Below, in pieces: positions 27,789 to 37,106 of a stretch of DNA of 64,000 bases. Made by a program: the position numbers and the translations under genes. Position 1 is the stretch's first letter, and every line of letters begins with the position of its first letter. The DNA is taken from positions 1 through 64,000 of IMG/VR virus record IMGVR_UViG_3300043411_002794, one strand, 5' to 3'. Under the pieces are notes generated by a model, which saw nothing but the letters and a program-made list of their open reading frames with translations, had not been told where the DNA came from and did not search any database. This DNA is from a virus.

Positions 27789-28390
27789 TCGTTGCGTTCT
27801 TTCGCGAGAGATCCGTTGCGAGCACGCTCAGCTTTAAGCTTGTGCAAGACCTCCGAGTGATAATTGCGTAAATGCCGTAGTTGCTCGGCAAGCACGGCTG
27901 CAGCCAGCTGCGGATCTTCCGGAGCTACCGGCACCGCTTCCTGTCGCAGGTTGGCGGCCACGGACAGAGCAGCGTAGTAGTACCGTGAGATGTCTTCCTG
28001 GTTGGCCGGAGCATCTTCGATATGGGTCGTATCACGGACGGCCTGAAACCAAGCTCCGAGCAGCACGCGGCCGAATGCCGCTAAGACGACGCCCTGGACG
28101 GTGCCGGGCAGGTCCAAGAAGCCGGCAGCCTGTAATGCGTCGTACGGCGATCGTACGTCGAGCGTGCCGACAAACAGCGTCTGGGCCTCGGCAACCGCGT
28201 TGATCGCCTTAGCCAGGTCTTCATCGGTCACGCCGTGCTGGTCCATATAGGCCCGCAACGACGGCAGAATATTGGGCGGATCCAACGACACGATCGCCGC
28301 CCGCAACAGCGTGGGGGCGATATAGGCAAGATCCCGTTCGGGGGCGTACATCGGCCCGGCAGCACCAGGCGGCCGCATATTAACCGGCAT
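27692..28390 (-). CDS. hypothetical protein with C-terminal coiled coil (232 aa)
   Basis: Co-oriented ORF. Confidence 0.65.
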   Translation of the reverse strand: MPVNMRPPGAAGPMYAPERDLAYIAPTLLRAAIVSLDPPNILPSLRAYMDQHGVTDEDLAKAINAVAEAQTLFVGTLDVRSPYDALQAAGFLDLPGTVQGVVLAAFGRVLLGAWFQAVRDTTHIEDAPANQEDISRYYYAALSVAANLRQEAVPVAPEDPQLAAAVLAEQLRHLRNYHSEVLHKLKAERARNGSLAKERNECLAELLSLKRRPLYRLGSAIKRGWLKLLRRS

Positions 28391-28913
28391 GAATGAATTC
28401 CTCTTGATAGCCCTGCAGCTTCAGCTCGTAAGCGAAGTTGGGCTTAGGGTGGTCCGGAGCCTTAACAAACTTGCAGCTGACCGGGTCAAGCTTGCCGGTG
28501 GCAACCTTGAGCATGTTGTTGGCGTCCACGCATTCCAGCACCGGCGTCATGCGTACGCCGCAGGCAATGAACGCCCCGGTGTTCACAACGCTGATGTCGG
28601 CCAAGGCGTCGATCATGCCGACCAACGACGGCTCACGGCCCTCAATGTTCACCAGCGCGTAGGTGCCGTCCGGAGCGACGAGATCGCTGATATAGCCGCG
28701 CTGCTGGGTCAACGTGACCCACTCGCCGTCGTGCATGATGCAGACGTCGACTGCGGACTCTTCGGCAAACTCCAGTACTTCTTCCAACAAGAACGCAACC
28801 CGTGCGGCACGTATCTCCTGAGACGGCATAGTCGGACAAGCGGGCACGTGTTGCCCGAAGCCCAGCATCATGGCCGCGACACGTCGCTCGTGGTCCGTTA
28901 CGGGAAACAGCAT
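28380..28913 (-). CDS. MazG-like/all-alpha NTP pyrophosphohydrolase
   Basis: FLLEEVLEF...DALADI...VDANNMLK...KFVKAPDHPKP matches the E-E-x-x-E...D-x-x-x-D pattern. Confidence 0.8.
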   Translation of the reverse strand: MLFPVTDHERRVAAMMLGFGQHVPACPTMPSQEIRAARVAFLLEEVLEFAEESAVDVCIMHDGEWVTLTQQRGYISDLVAPDGTYALVNIEGREPSLVGMIDALADISVVNTGAFIACGVRMTPVLECVDANNMLKVATGKLDPVSCKFVKAPDHPKPNFAYELKLQGYQEEFIHAG

Positions 28914-29383
28914 TACGATTCTTCTCCGGTTTGCCGACGGAGGAACTGCTGCACGACGGCGGTGTCCCGCGCGGCATGATGCGCCCGGAAGTCGGCCGGG
29001 GTGGTGAAAGCAAAATTGACGGCATTACGGGCCGCCAACGTCAGTTTGTAGAGCTGCTGCGGGAAGACACGACCATCGTCGCCATATTCCCGCTTGCTGT
29101 AATCGAAACCAATCCGCACGGCCCGCACGACGCGAAGCGTCCGGTAGGCCTGCCAGACGGAGATGGCGCCCATCAGCTCGATCTCCGGCAGCGGCGACAT
29201 CGGTGAATTCTGTCGCAAGATGGCCAAACTGTCGGGCGCAAAGCATTCTTCGACCAATGCGATCCACTCGCAAAGGCGAACCAGGGCGGCGTACAGCGCA
29301 CGGGCCGTGGTCTCTTCGGTCACAAACGGCGGCACCGGAACCGTACGCGGATCTCGTAGCGTCGCCTGGGTATCATCACTCAT
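28913..29383 (-). CDS. hypothetical protein (156 aa)
   Basis: Coupled to neighbours. Confidence 0.65.
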   Translation of the reverse strand: MSDDTQATLRDPRTVPVPPFVTEETTARALYAALVRLCEWIALVEECFAPDSLAILRQNSPMSPLPEIELMGAISVWQAYRTLRVVRAVRIGFDYSKREYGDDGRVFPQQLYKLTLAARNAVNFAFTTPADFRAHHAARDTAVVQQFLRRQTGEES

Positions 29384-30228
29384 GTGGTCCTCGCAAATAC
29401 CGCACGCTCAGTGCAGTGTACGCAGACGCCGGTATCGACCTCAGGGTCGAATGGTTGAGCCGAGTTACAGCCCTGGCAGATCTGCAGGATGAAATCTTTC
29501 AAATGCGTGCCGGCGGGACAATTCTCGTAGCCGACGGCACAACGGTGGCACTCGTGCGTCCAGTTGTTGGGGCACGGGATGATCTTAAAGCGACGCTTGA
29601 GAACTTCAAGATTGTAATCAACATACGACTTCGTGCACCCGACCTCGCTAAATACGGGCCGCTGTGTTGAAAGCTTTACGTCGAGCTTCACCATGAAGCG
29701 GAGATTGACGAACTGTTTGGCATCCCGAAACGGCCGCTGGCCCCACTTGGGCGTAAACCCAACACGGGCCGAGACCACACCGAACATGCCTCGCTTCCAG
29801 AACTTCGTCAGCCTCGTCGGACAGCAGCTGCCCGCCAGTACGAGCAACTGCAGGTTGTAACCGACGTCGTCGCGCTTACGGGCCATTTCGACGCGGGTCA
29901 CGTGCACGGGGACCCATTCATCCTCCCCCTGTGCCGTCCACGGTAAAGCCGGTCGGTGCTTCCGTAACGTATGAAGATTACCAGCGATGCGGGCAGCAAA
30001 GGTACGCGCAACGCCTTCTGTAATTTCGTGCCCGAGCAGCTGCCTCGCGGTTTCGTACACTACAGAGTAGCGAACGTCGCGAGGCAGCTCTCGGTGAAGA
30101 TCTGCAACCAACGACTCAAATGATGGACCAGCGGGTACGACGCATAGCCGCGGGTACATGACCCGTCGAAAGATGTCGTCTCGTAACGCGGAGATCCGTT
30201 TGAGGTTGTAAACAGGCAGATCAGACAC
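29380..30228 (-). CDS. hypothetical protein with C-terminal multi-Cys Zn domain
   Basis: CPNNWTHECHRC...CPAGTH...CQGC...CVHC. Confidence 0.7.
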   Translation of the reverse strand: MSDLPVYNLKRISALRDDIFRRVMYPRLCVVPAGPSFESLVADLHRELPRDVRYSVVYETARQLLGHEITEGVARTFAARIAGNLHTLRKHRPALPWTAQGEDEWVPVHVTRVEMARKRDDVGYNLQLLVLAGSCCPTRLTKFWKRGMFGVVSARVGFTPKWGQRPFRDAKQFVNLRFMVKLDVKLSTQRPVFSEVGCTKSYVDYNLEVLKRRFKIIPCPNNWTHECHRCAVGYENCPAGTHLKDFILQICQGCNSAQPFDPEVDTGVCVHCTERAVFARTT

Positions 30229-30235
30229 AAGGCAC

Positions 30236-30310
30236 CTACTTCGCCTTCTTCGCGGCCTTAGCCGGCTTCTTAGCCGATTTCTTGGCAGCGGACTTCTTGG
30301 CAGCAGCCAT
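30236..30310 (-). CDS. 24-aa Lys/Ala-rich histone-H1-like micropeptide
   Basis: ATG 30310 with AGAAGGAG 8 nt upstream; MAAAKKSAAKKSAKKPAKAAKKAK then TAG; fills the gap. Confidence 0.7.
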   Translation of the reverse strand: MAAAKKSAAKKSAKKPAKAAKKAK

Positions 30311-30324
30311 GGTAGTCACTCCTT

Positions 30325-30825
30325 CTAAAGTGTCAGACCCAGGTCATCGCCTTCGGTCATCTGTGCTTCTCGTCGCATTGCATCCTGTAGTTGATCAGGT
30401 GTGCAAATCTCGGAAAAGTTGTCTTCAACGACACACAGATAATTACCGTCAGGTAGCAGAAACGTCCGGGCATGGGTCTCTTCCGACTCGGACGCAACAA
30501 GCTCTGCATCGACAGTCGCCTGAATATGATTCCTGGCTATTTCTTCCAGGAGCAGGACGACGTCGGTAGTTCCTCCCTCATTGAAAAATCGTACGAACGC
30601 ACCAAGCAGTTTCTCCAGCCGGCGGAATTTTGGCAACTCCGCAGTCAGCATCGGCTTGTCACACTGCTTCTCCCATAGCATTCGTTTCCATTGCAGTTTG
30701 TTACCGTACAAGTAGTAAAGCTGCAAGCTAAGGAAGGCGCCTCCGTCGGGACGTTCGTCCGCCACGGAGTGGATCCGATAACCGTCGTAGTGCGATGTCG
30801 CCAATGCGGCCGGCATGTCGACCAC
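30325..30825 (-). CDS. hypothetical protein (166 aa)
   Basis: Co-oriented, coupled. Confidence 0.65.
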   Translation of the reverse strand: MVDMPAALATSHYDGYRIHSVADERPDGGAFLSLQLYYLYGNKLQWKRMLWEKQCDKPMLTAELPKFRRLEKLLGAFVRFFNEGGTTDVVLLLEEIARNHIQATVDAELVASESEETHARTFLLPDGNYLCVVEDNFSEICTPDQLQDAMRREAQMTEGDDLGLTL

Positions 30826-31157
30826 TAGGACGGCTCCGGTGGAGGCGGCGGGGCCGGGATCGCCGCCAGCGCCTGTTCGGCGGCTTTGAGCAAATCCGTC
30901 CAGGCGGCGTGCAGCGCAGCATTGAGATGCGCCCCGCTAGAAGCCAACAAGTTGATCAGCGTGTCCTTGTCGGGCAGAGGCAACTGCATCACGTCGCCGT
31001 CGACGGGCTGCAGGAACAACGTGCCGGTCGGGACTTCCCCGGCCTGCAGCTTTCCGTGCAACTCCCGCCCTTGTTTGTATTGGGCCTGGATTTGATCGAG
31101 CTGCTGCACGGCTTCCCGTGCCTGCTCGAAGCAAGTGACCAGCAAAGGTTTCGTCAT
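30825..31157 (-). CDS. hypothetical helical protein (110 aa)
   Basis: Likely start MTKPLL after the upstream stop; Pro-rich tail. Confidence 0.6.
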   Translation of the reverse strand: MTKPLLVTCFEQAREAVQQLDQIQAQYKQGRELHGKLQAGEVPTGTLFLQPVDGDVMQLPLPDKDTLINLLASSGAHLNAALHAAWTDLLKAAEQALAAIPAPPPPPEPS

Positions 31158-31162
31158 GACTT

Positions 31163-31555
31163 CTATCCCAGTAATAAGCCGAAGCCCAGCCAGTAGCGCA
31201 TCACGAGATCGCCCTGAGCTTCGGCAGGATCCACTTCTACGACCGGCACGCCGGTCACGATATGCAGCCGCTTCACCTGGCGGCGAACGTCGTACTGCAC
31301 GCACTTCAGTCCGAAGCCGAACATGGCGGCGAACGCGAGGTCCGGCTCCCTGTGCAGCAAATACGGATAGAGCGGCACATAAAACTGCTCCTCATCGGCA
31401 AACAGCGTGAAGTCCGTCCTTCCGGCCATGGTGACCGGAGACTGACAAACAACCCAGTGCTCGCCGGGCTTGCGGGGCACAACCAGCCCCGGATTATCTA
31501 CGCCTGCCGCGGCACTGCGTAGAAGATCGACGCGATTCCAGGTGAGATCCATCAA
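31163..31555 (-). CDS. hypothetical protein (130 aa)
   Basis: ATGA-coupled to GT2. Confidence 0.7.
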   Translation of the reverse strand: MMDLTWNRVDLLRSAAAGVDNPGLVVPRKPGEHWVVCQSPVTMAGRTDFTLFADEEQFYVPLYPYLLHREPDLAFAAMFGFGLKCVQYDVRRQVKRLHIVTGVPVVEVDPAEAQGDLVMRYWLGFGLLLG

Positions 31556-32385
31556 AGGTCCAAGGTGAAGGGCGTCGCCGCTACGGGCTTCTCCGGCGGC
31601 TGTCGTGGAGGCTCGCCGGCGGTTCGCCGGATCGCCGCTGAAACGTCCAACGGCAGTTGAGACGCGACACGACGGTGGTAGTTATAACCGACGGGCTGCT
31701 CATCGAAACCTCTTCGCGGAGATTTTGATCGCTGCCCTTTGTCGTCGGCATTGACGGCCACGCCCTGTGTGTCGGACACAAGCGATATGTCCTGTTGCCG
31801 ACACAGCTCGCCGAGCATGACATCGCCGCCGCGATGGCGGATGTCCGCTACCGGCCAGCCGTACTGATGAATGATGTCGGTATCGATGACCCAGCCGCCG
31901 CCGGTAGCAAACCGCACCCGATGGTTGTTCAACACCGGTTTATTGCCATACCAGGGTTGATCGCGAATCCAGTCGGCCTGCGACCCAGTCAGTCGTTGAA
32001 ACCAAATGTCGCCCCGCATCGATCGCGGGGTCATCCGCGACGCCACCTGAGCCCACTCGGCAGGCGACACGGTGATGTACGAATCATCGTCGAACCAGGC
32101 CGTATAAGGCGTCCTAATCGGGTACTCGATGTCGTGAAACATCCGCCGCATGGCCGGATACTTGTAGACGTTCTTCTCAGCTTCGTAGAGCACCGGAAAC
32201 AAGTCCGGCATCTTCGTCCGAAGCTCGTGCACGTAGTCCGTCGTCTCCGGGCTGCATTCGTTGAGGAATACGCGGATCTGATACGGGGCGTCGTGCTTGG
32301 CTAGTGACCCCAGGCAACGACGCGCCAAGGCCGGGAAGTCTCCGTAACACAGCACGAAGACGGTCAGCTTATGCGGTTCCGGCAT
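31552..32385 (-). CDS. GT2-family glycosyltransferase
   Basis: LTVFVLCY...RCLGSL...VFLNECS and WFDDD (DxD) motifs. Confidence 0.8.
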   Translation of the reverse strand: MPEPHKLTVFVLCYGDFPALARRCLGSLAKHDAPYQIRVFLNECSPETTDYVHELRTKMPDLFPVLYEAEKNVYKYPAMRRMFHDIEYPIRTPYTAWFDDDSYITVSPAEWAQVASRMTPRSMRGDIWFQRLTGSQADWIRDQPWYGNKPVLNNHRVRFATGGGWVIDTDIIHQYGWPVADIRHRGGDVMLGELCRQQDISLVSDTQGVAVNADDKGQRSKSPRRGFDEQPVGYNYHRRVASQLPLDVSAAIRRTAGEPPRQPPEKPVAATPFTLDL

Positions 32386-32935
32386 CAGGGATCACCACGT
32401 GAACGGATCGAACAGGAGTAGGCGACTGAGCTAAGATCATGATCAGCTCGGCCGCATCACGAGGAGACGGGTTATTCCCGTCACGTACGGCAGCCTGCAT
32501 CTTTTCCAGCAGGCTGAGATAACGACGGCGGGCGTGCTCGTCGTGGAAGGTATGTCGAATCGAAGGGAACAGCTCACGCAGGCCCGTCACTTCCTGGGCC
32601 AGTTCCACCTCGTCCAACCCGCGGGCCGAACGACTGAGCAAACGCGTGAGTTGCCCGGTATGCGAATAGGCTAACGCGATGGTGCAATCTCGGATGGCGA
32701 CATGATCACCAAAGATATGCGCCTCTTGAACCGTCCGTGTAAACGGTAACTCCGCAGCATCCACCAGTACGCGACAGAACTGCCGGTATTGTTTCCTTGA
32801 GCCGTCATCCATGCAGGCGTCAATGGACGGTGATGTTGGATCGATGCTAAGCGGGTATTGAGTCAGACGTGAGTTAGTCACAGTAGTCAGATTCCGTAAT
32901 AGTGACGGCACGAGGCATCCCGCCGACGCCGTCAT
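32369..32935 (-). CDS. hypothetical protein
   Basis: Co-oriented; true start may be MDDGSRK further in. Confidence 0.6.
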   Translation of the reverse strand: MTASAGCLVPSLLRNLTTVTNSRLTQYPLSIDPTSPSIDACMDDGSRKQYRQFCRVLVDAAELPFTRTVQEAHIFGDHVAIRDCTIALAYSHTGQLTRLLSRSARGLDEVELAQEVTGLRELFPSIRHTFHDEHARRRYLSLLEKMQAAVRDGNNPSPRDAAELIMILAQSPTPVRSVHVVIPDAGTA

Positions 32936-32953
32936 TAAAGTATCCCCGCGACG

Positions 32954-33919
32954 TTACCCGGCCGTCGCAGTCTTGCGCTTCGCCGCGTCTGCGGCGCGTG
33001 CAGCGGCCCGAGAAGCAGCCACTGGGGTCTTGGGAGGCGAAGCCTTCGCACCCTTGTCCTTAGTCTCCTTTTCAGGCGGCTTCGGTTTCTCGTCATCGGT
33101 CGCCCGATTGTCGAGAACCTGCTGCACATATTGTTGCGTTCGTGTGCAGGCTTGCAACTCATCATCGAGTGCTGCCCGCATATCGCCCAGCGACGCAGAT
33201 ACGTCGTTCAACGATTTTAACGTGTCCGGCGTAATTCCGGAGTCACCTTGCTGCATGACGTTTGTGTAGACGCTGTGGGCCTTCCCATTCCAGACGTCGG
33301 TGTGCCGCTTGATCCAGAGTCGCGACATCTCGCGGATCTGCTCCAGCTGCTTATCGACCGTCTTCGGGATCCCCAGCGGCCGGCCGCCGCCTGCCCGGGC
33401 GCCACCGTAGAACCGCACGATCGCGTTGTGCAGATCCTGTGGCGTCCACATGTTGGTAACGATGTCCCGCTCAAAGCGGAGGCGTGTCGGATCGTCTTCG
33501 ATCGACAGCAGGTAAATGATATGACCCCACAAGATGCGGAAGTCTTCGATCGTCTTACTCCGGTACCCGAGCAGGCGTTGCACGGCTTCCTTGTCATAGG
33601 TCGCCGCAAACTGCATCGCCTTCTTGAGCGTCTCGAAGCCTGCGCCGGCCGAGCTGGCACGCCGGATGAGATCCAGCGGATCCACTCCGTTATGCTTCTG
33701 CTTTTCGGTCAGAAAGTCTTCCGGGCGCTCCTTAATCTCCAGGGCTTGCGTCCCGAGATTATGCAGAAACAAAATCGTCGCCTGCGTGTGATGGACGAAG
33801 TCCACCTGCAGCTGCTTGAATTTCTGCCGAAGCGCCGGGCACATCTCTTTGATCGCGGCCTGGCTATCAGCCAAGGCCTGTGACCGCTGCAGCATCCCGA
33901 CGGCACTTGTACGTCCCAT
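32954..33919 (-). CDS. hypothetical helical protein with basic tail (321 aa)
   Basis: AGGAG upstream; long ORF. Confidence 0.75.
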   Translation of the reverse strand: MGRTSAVGMLQRSQALADSQAAIKEMCPALRQKFKQLQVDFVHHTQATILFLHNLGTQALEIKERPEDFLTEKQKHNGVDPLDLIRRASSAGAGFETLKKAMQFAATYDKEAVQRLLGYRSKTIEDFRILWGHIIYLLSIEDDPTRLRFERDIVTNMWTPQDLHNAIVRFYGGARAGGGRPLGIPKTVDKQLEQIREMSRLWIKRHTDVWNGKAHSVYTNVMQQGDSGITPDTLKSLNDVSASLGDMRAALDDELQACTRTQQYVQQVLDNRATDDEKPKPPEKETKDKGAKASPPKTPVAASRAAARAADAAKRKTATAG

Positions 33920-33927
33920 ACGTACTC

Positions 33928-35121
33928 CTAAAACTTGTGCTTTCCAATTAGTAGATCGAATGCCAGTCGATCAATAGCTTCACGACGACGGCCCAGGGAA
34001 ATGCTGGCCCGCAACGTCGCGGCAATGAGGTCAAACACAGTTCGCTTAGCGTTCATGCTGTAACTATCCTCGATACCTGACCGTTGCTCGGCATTGTTGC
34101 CGCCACGGACAATGGCGTCGCGAACGACGTCTCGAGTGATTTGCGGATGCCACTTGTCGCACCAGTCGGCCAGTTTCTTAGCCAAATAGTTACGACGCTC
34201 GTGCAGCTTTGCGACATCCTGCGGCAGCTCCAATGACCGCTTCGCTACGAACTCCGTACGAAACTTCCACCGCTCCACGTCCGGCTGTTTGGCGAAGACC
34301 GCCCGGAAGGCGGCGGCCGCACGCGCCGAGAAATGACGACCTAGATGCACTTCGCGACGGCCGTACTCTTTGAACGGGGCCAGACAGGCGCCCTTACGAA
34401 AGAACAACACGGCCGTACCGCGTAGACTGGTCGACGTCGCCTCCCCGTTACAGAAGTAGCAACCGGCATGAAACTGCTGCGGCTGCCCGTCAATGTTCGC
34501 GGTGAAGATCGGCTCTTGCGTGCGGTACCAAACCGTCAGCGTTCGCCCGTAGGCGACGCCCCCGTAGAACTCCATCGGCGTCCAGGCACTTTCAGCAGCC
34601 TCTTGGATTGCCGCGAAGATCACAGCACTTTCCATATGGGCGTACTGGGGCCCCACCATGCCGTCGAGCAGCTTCTGCTCTTCGTTCCGAATTAGTCGCC
34701 GCGAGGCCAGCCGATTAAAGCGAGCCTTGATCAAGTTGTTGAGGATGTTGATCGCATCCTGCAACTGGAACTCGGCGGGATCTCCGTCAGCAACACCATC
34801 AACGCCTGCCACGTCGGTAAGAAACGAAAAGCCGCGATGACTGATCGGCCGCATGACTTGCGACAACCCGGCCGACGTATAGCGATAGCCATGCAGTCGC
34901 GTCTTGCCGGAGGGTAAGAGCATCAACTCTTCCACCGAGGCGGGCGGGGACAGGCGGGTCGTTGCGTCCATCTTCGCCAGGTATGCGGCAAACTCGCCGA
35001 TATTGCCTTTGGCGAATTTGGCGCTGAGCGGCTCGACGTACAGCAACGGCCCACCTCCGCTGCTATTCCCGCCAGTCGCGACCGACGGCTGGGATGAAGG
35101 TTTTAAGAGTTTCGATGACAT
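33928..35121 (-). CDS. DUF932-like phage protein
   Basis: Likely start MSSKLLKP; LDGMVGPQYAHMES and GCYFCNGE...SLRGTAVLF resemble the DUF932 layout. Confidence 0.4.
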   Translation of the reverse strand: MSSKLLKPSSQPSVATGGNSSGGGPLLYVEPLSAKFAKGNIGEFAAYLAKMDATTRLSPPASVEELMLLPSGKTRLHGYRYTSAGLSQVMRPISHRGFSFLTDVAGVDGVADGDPAEFQLQDAINILNNLIKARFNRLASRRLIRNEEQKLLDGMVGPQYAHMESAVIFAAIQEAAESAWTPMEFYGGVAYGRTLTVWYRTQEPIFTANIDGQPQQFHAGCYFCNGEATSTSLRGTAVLFFRKGACLAPFKEYGRREVHLGRHFSARAAAAFRAVFAKQPDVERWKFRTEFVAKRSLELPQDVAKLHERRNYLAKKLADWCDKWHPQITRDVVRDAIVRGGNNAEQRSGIEDSYSMNAKRTVFDLIAATLRASISLGRRREAIDRLAFDLLIGKHKF

Positions 35122-35650
35122 AAGTGATCGGTGGTGCCCCGACGCTCCGCACAACCAGCGTACCGCCGTCGTAGAAGGAGTCATCGTTCCCGATTTGACT
35201 GTTGCGTCGCAAATTGTGCAAGACAACGGTCCCGATCCCCGGCCATTCAAAAATCAGCCCTGCGTTCCGGGTGCGAAGGTCGAGACCGTCCGCCCGCACC
35301 TTCTCTTCAAACACCGTCAGGAACTTGAGCTTAGTGAACCGCAGAAACAAGTCCGCAATGGTGACCTCGTGCACGTACCGCAATTTCTCGGCGTACAGGA
35401 CAACCGGAAACTGCGGATAACGTGAACGAAACCAAGCAAACGTCAACTGCGCCTCGCCGGTGTCCGCCTTGGCCTGGGCTTCTAATACGCCCCGACCGAG
35501 CCGCACACCGGCCTCCTGAAAGAACCGGAGGACGAACTTCGCCTCGTAGTTCTCCTGACGCTCCGCATCCTTCTCTTCGCGGATCTGCGTCGCGTCAGGC
35601 CCCTGCATTGCGCTGAAAAAGCTGTCGTTACGCTCCAGCGGGTTCGCCAT
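35063..35650 (-). CDS. hypothetical protein (~195 aa)
   Basis: Likely start MANPLERN overlapping the recA end. Confidence 0.65.
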   Translation of the reverse strand: MANPLERNDSFFSAMQGPDATQIREEKDAERQENYEAKFVLRFFQEAGVRLGRGVLEAQAKADTGEAQLTFAWFRSRYPQFPVVLYAEKLRYVHEVTIADLFLRFTKLKFLTVFEEKVRADGLDLRTRNAGLIFEWPGIGTVVLHNLRRNSQIGNDDSFYDGGTLVVRSVGAPPITYVIETLKTFIPAVGRDWRE

Positions 35651-37028
35651 TTTCTTCTCCCGTCGCAAGGTCGCCGTCACCGTCTTCGTCGGACGCTTCG
35701 GATTCGGCCACCACGGAGTCGGCAGCCAGGGCACGCGCCTGCTGCTGTTCGGCCCGCCGTGCGGCGGCCGCCTTGGCCCGCTCTTCCGCGGCCCGGTAGT
35801 CGATCCCCGGCGTGAACGGCACCCCAATGTTAATACCCAGCAACGGGTACAACTGGGAGAGCAGATCCGGACGGGACTCGAGCATTTCCCCTGCCACGCG
35901 ATACGGCACGTTCTCGCAGCCCAGGACGGGGCTACTCACGGTCTTGGTCGACCGCTTGGCGTCGAGCCGCAGAATCGCATTGAGGGCCTTGAAGAGGGTC
36001 TTCTTGCCGTCGATGTTCTCGAACCGAACCAACATGTCGATCGTAGCGGCGTGCCAGTCCCAGCCGTGTCGCTGGATAACCGTACGGCCGCGGCTGTCCG
36101 GAACGGCCAGCTGCTGCTGCCACCACAGGAAGTCGACCTCGATGTACTTACGGCTGGCCCCGGCCGAATTCTTCTGCAGCTTGAGCCGCAGCCGAACCCC
36201 GCCGACGTCCGCCAGATCGATATCGCAGATCCGCTTGTTCATGATGATGTAGGTCGCCATGAACGGGACTGCCTTACCACCGGGTACGTTATCGGTGGGA
36301 ATGCCGGTCATCGGATCGGTGGACGGCTTCAAGTGGTTGGTGCCAACCAGCGAGAAAGGATAGCCTCGGAAGTTACGGGCCATGCCCTGCCGCATGAAGC
36401 GGGAGATCAACATGGCGATCGTACCGAAGCCGCGGCTGGCGAAGCCGTCCTTCTGCGTCTTTTCGATTTCCTTCTGGCTGTCCACGGCCGTCAGCGAATC
36501 GACGCCGAACATCATCGGCACCGTACGTCCCGGACCGCCGTCAGCATCCATGATGCCACGAGCGACGTTGACGTTGACCGTCATGAACTGCTGCCACTCT
36601 TCCAGCGAATTGCACGGCCCGATCGTCAAACGGTTAAGCAACCGCTCGTCGTAATTGAGGATGGAGCTGCGAAGCTCGGCAGCATCTTTGTTTTCGGTCT
36701 CGGCGATAACACCGCCGCCGCCGAAGTGCATGTGCCACCGCAAGATCTCGTCGAGCAGGGCCGTCTTACACGTGCCCTCTTCGCCGATGATCTGCCAGAT
36801 ACGGCTGAGCGGGAATACGTCGCACTGGGCCAAATAGCGAAGGCATAGTGCGGGGAGCGGGAGACCGACGTTAAGCTCGTCGGCCCGCGAACCGACGACC
36901 AGGTCGGTTCGGTTGAGCGCGTCGGATGCGGCGTTACGCATCGACGCAAACATGGAATCAAGGCTCGACTCTCGCTGGGTGGTCCAAGCGTTGCGAACCT
37001 GCGGACTAGAACGGCGGCGTGCTGCCAC
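35628..37028 (-). CDS. RecA/UvsX-like recombinase
   Basis: Walker A GEEGTCKT, Walker B FGVDSLTAV, LVGTNHLK and PGGKAVPFMAT. Confidence 0.88.
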   Translation of the reverse strand: MAARRRSSPQVRNAWTTQRESSLDSMFASMRNAASDALNRTDLVVGSRADELNVGLPLPALCLRYLAQCDVFPLSRIWQIIGEEGTCKTALLDEILRWHMHFGGGGVIAETENKDAAELRSSILNYDERLLNRLTIGPCNSLEEWQQFMTVNVNVARGIMDADGGPGRTVPMMFGVDSLTAVDSQKEIEKTQKDGFASRGFGTIAMLISRFMRQGMARNFRGYPFSLVGTNHLKPSTDPMTGIPTDNVPGGKAVPFMATYIIMNKRICDIDLADVGGVRLRLKLQKNSAGASRKYIEVDFLWWQQQLAVPDSRGRTVIQRHGWDWHAATIDMLVRFENIDGKKTLFKALNAILRLDAKRSTKTVSSPVLGCENVPYRVAGEMLESRPDLLSQLYPLLGINIGVPFTPGIDYRAAEERAKAAAARRAEQQQARALAADSVVAESEASDEDGDGDLATGEENGEPAGA

Positions 37029-37040
37029 GTGTTGTCTCCG

Positions 37041-37079
37041 AAGAAAAGCTCACCCCGGCGATAGGCACCGGGGTGAGCT
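37041..37079 (-). terminator. Rho-independent terminator after the SSB gene
   Basis: Perfect 12-bp stem AGCTCACCCCGG/CCGGGGTGAGCT followed by TTTCTT on the minus strand. Confidence 0.8.
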
Positions 37080-37106
37080 GCAGGAATCATTACCGAACGA
37101 AACGAA

